From an uncultured Gemmatimonadales bacterium (lineage in GTDB: Bacteria; Gemmatimonadota; Gemmatimonadetes; Gemmatimonadales; Gemmatimonadaceae), in contig OY969695.1 of the NCBI GenBank assembly GCA_963701965.1, positions 4,288,001-4,352,000 of the forward strand: a DNA stretch of 64,000 bases, given 5' to 3'. Positions 62,514-64,000 of the stretch are shown one piece after another. The notes under the pieces are model-generated. The model was not told the DNA's origin. It saw only the letters and a program-made list of their open reading frames with translations, and did not search any database. The position numbers and the translations under genes are program-made. Positions within the stretch are counted from its first letter, which is position 1. Each line of letters opens with the position of its first letter.

Positions 62514-62579
62514 TTCGCTACGCATCCTCGCGCGATCGCGTATTTGCCGTCGCGTCGGTCTCCGGCCTACATTCCAAGA

Positions 62580-63017
62580 ATGCGTCGTCCACTGTCGCCC
62601 GGCTCCATCGTCGCTCTCGTCGCGCTCGCTGCCTGCGGTGCCACGCTGTGGCCGACGACCTCGGTCAAAGTCAACGGCTACGTTCCCGATTTGTACGGGT
62701 GCGCCGCCGCCAGCGCCCGATCGCTGAAGTACAAGCTGACCGTGACCGACTCCGGCGACGGGCGATTCGAAGCACGCCGGAAATACAGCCTGGCCCGCGG
62801 AGGGCCGGATGTCGATGAGTACGACCGCGCCGACGTGCTCAACGTGACGATCACGAAGTCCGCCAGCGACTCCGCCGGACCCGCGCTGTTCAAGGTGCAG
62901 GCCGGCACGATCTCCGCTCACGGCGAAAAGCGTGGACCGACCGAAGTCACCGAGTACGCGTCACCCGCCGCGCAGCAAGACGCCAAGACCATACTGACGC
63001 GCTGCGCCAGTACCTAG
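62580..63017 (+). CDS. Hypothetical lipoprotein
   Basis: IVALVALAAC lipobox. Confidence 0.7.
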   Translation: MRRPLSPGSIVALVALAACGATLWPTTSVKVNGYVPDLYGCAAASARSLKYKLTVTDSGDGRFEARRKYSLARGGPDVDEYDRADVLNVTITKSASDSAGPALFKVQAGTISAHGEKRGPTEVTEYASPAAQQDAKTILTRCAST

Positions 63018-63051
63018 CGGTCCCGATCACTGGGGCATACAATATGGCCCC

Positions 63052-63693
63052 ATGCGCACATACCTCACGGAGTTCATCGGCACGTTCTTTCTCGTGCTGA
63101 CCGTCGGCTTGGCGGGCCTGTCCGGCTCGCCGCTGGCGCCGCTGGCGATAGGTTCGTCGCTGATGATCATGGTGTATATGGGCGGTCACATCTCGGGCGG
63201 CCACTACAATCCGGCCGTCTCGCTGGCCGTGTGGTTGCGCGGCAAGATCGACGGGGCGACGTGGGTCGCGTACGTCGTGAGCCAACTCCTTGGCGCCATC
63301 GCCGCCGCGCTGGTCGTCTACATCATCCTCGGCCAAACGTTCGCCGCGGCTCCCGCCCAGACGGCGAGCACGCTCCAGGCCCTGCTCGTCGAGACGCTCT
63401 ACACCTTCGCGCTGTGCATCGTGGTCCTCGACACCGCGACCGACCCCGACACGGCAGGCAACTCGTACTACGGTCTCGCGATCGGCTTCACGATCGTGGT
63501 CGCGGCCTTCGCGGGCGGCGGCATCTCCGGGGGCGCGTTCAACCCCGCCGTCGGCACGGGCCCGATCCTCGTGAGCGCCATCCTCACCCACGGCACGCTC
63601 GCCAACCTCTGGCTGTATCTCGTCGGCCCATTCCTTGGCGGTGCGCTGGCCGCCTGGGTCTATAAAGTCCAGCACCCGGCACCCGTCGCCTGA
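63052..63693 (+). CDS. Aquaporin (MIP family)
   Basis: Two NPA motifs (HYNPAV, AFNPAV), EFIGTF. Confidence 0.95.
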   Translation: MRTYLTEFIGTFFLVLTVGLAGLSGSPLAPLAIGSSLMIMVYMGGHISGGHYNPAVSLAVWLRGKIDGATWVAYVVSQLLGAIAAALVVYIILGQTFAAAPAQTASTLQALLVETLYTFALCIVVLDTATDPDTAGNSYYGLAIGFTIVVAAFAGGGISGGAFNPAVGTGPILVSAILTHGTLANLWLYLVGPFLGGALAAWVYKVQHPAPVA

Positions 63694-64000
63694 ACACGCC
63701 GCCGTCCTTCAACCTCCGCCTGCAGCGGCTCACGTGCTTCGCGTGCGGCCGCTCGGTGGGGGCGAGAGAGCTTCGCACCGTCTGCCCAACCTGCGGCATG
63801 CCTCTCCGCGTCGACTATGCGCTCGACGCGGACACGCTGCCGCGCGCCGTCCTGGCGGGCCGCACATCGTCCCTGTGGCGATATCGTGAGGTGCTCCCCC
63901 TCGCCGCGGGCGAGGTCACGCTCGCCGAGGGCTGGACGCCGCTCATCGAAGTCGCCGACGGCGTCTGGGTCAAGGATGAGGGCCGCAATCCGACCGCCTC
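63690..64000 (+). CDS. thrC: Threonine synthase, 5' part (runs off the window)
   Basis: Hand translation: CFAC..CPTC, SLWRYREVLP, LAEGWTPL, VKDEGRNPTA. Confidence 0.88.
   Translation, partial: MNTPPSFNLRLQRLTCFACGRSVGARELRTVCPTCGMPLRVDYALDADTLPRAVLAGRTSSLWRYREVLPLAAGEVTLAEGWTPLIEVADGVWVKDEGRNPTA

Overview
High-GC bacterial DNA; gene content suggests Gemmatimonadota (inference). (1) 1-5750: OmpR-type two-component pair, duplicated ABC permease and a DinB protein. (2) ~5850-28955: lower-GC accessory region built up at a tRNA-Pro(GGG) gene (28958-29031, minus strand). It contains a ~15.2 kb integrative mobilizable element bounded by a 46-bp att duplication, with integrase, excisionase, MobC/relaxase, an oriT-like hairpin, and defence-like cargo (Ser/Thr kinase, HEPN-like gene, Phd/RelE TA, Schlafen AlbA_2). 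A second integrase/xis/Dam element abuts its left att. Further left are AbiE, DUF4238 and a relic tRNA-Asn-type att with a dead integrase. (3) 29.3-48.3 kb: glycogen-type operon, polyphosphate-related operon and an ABC transporter. (4) 49-62.5 kb, the highlight: a lasso peptide cluster (B1, B2, C) whose 45-aa precursor (54298-54435) is missing from the ORF track. It converges on an ECF sigma/FecR/TonB-dependent transducer operon, the precursor and the receptor 3' half share a low-GC patch, and paralogous TPR genes bracket the locus. (5) An aquaporin and the start of thrC. Several single-base frameshifts may be sequencing errors. All family calls come from recognised motifs, not database searches.
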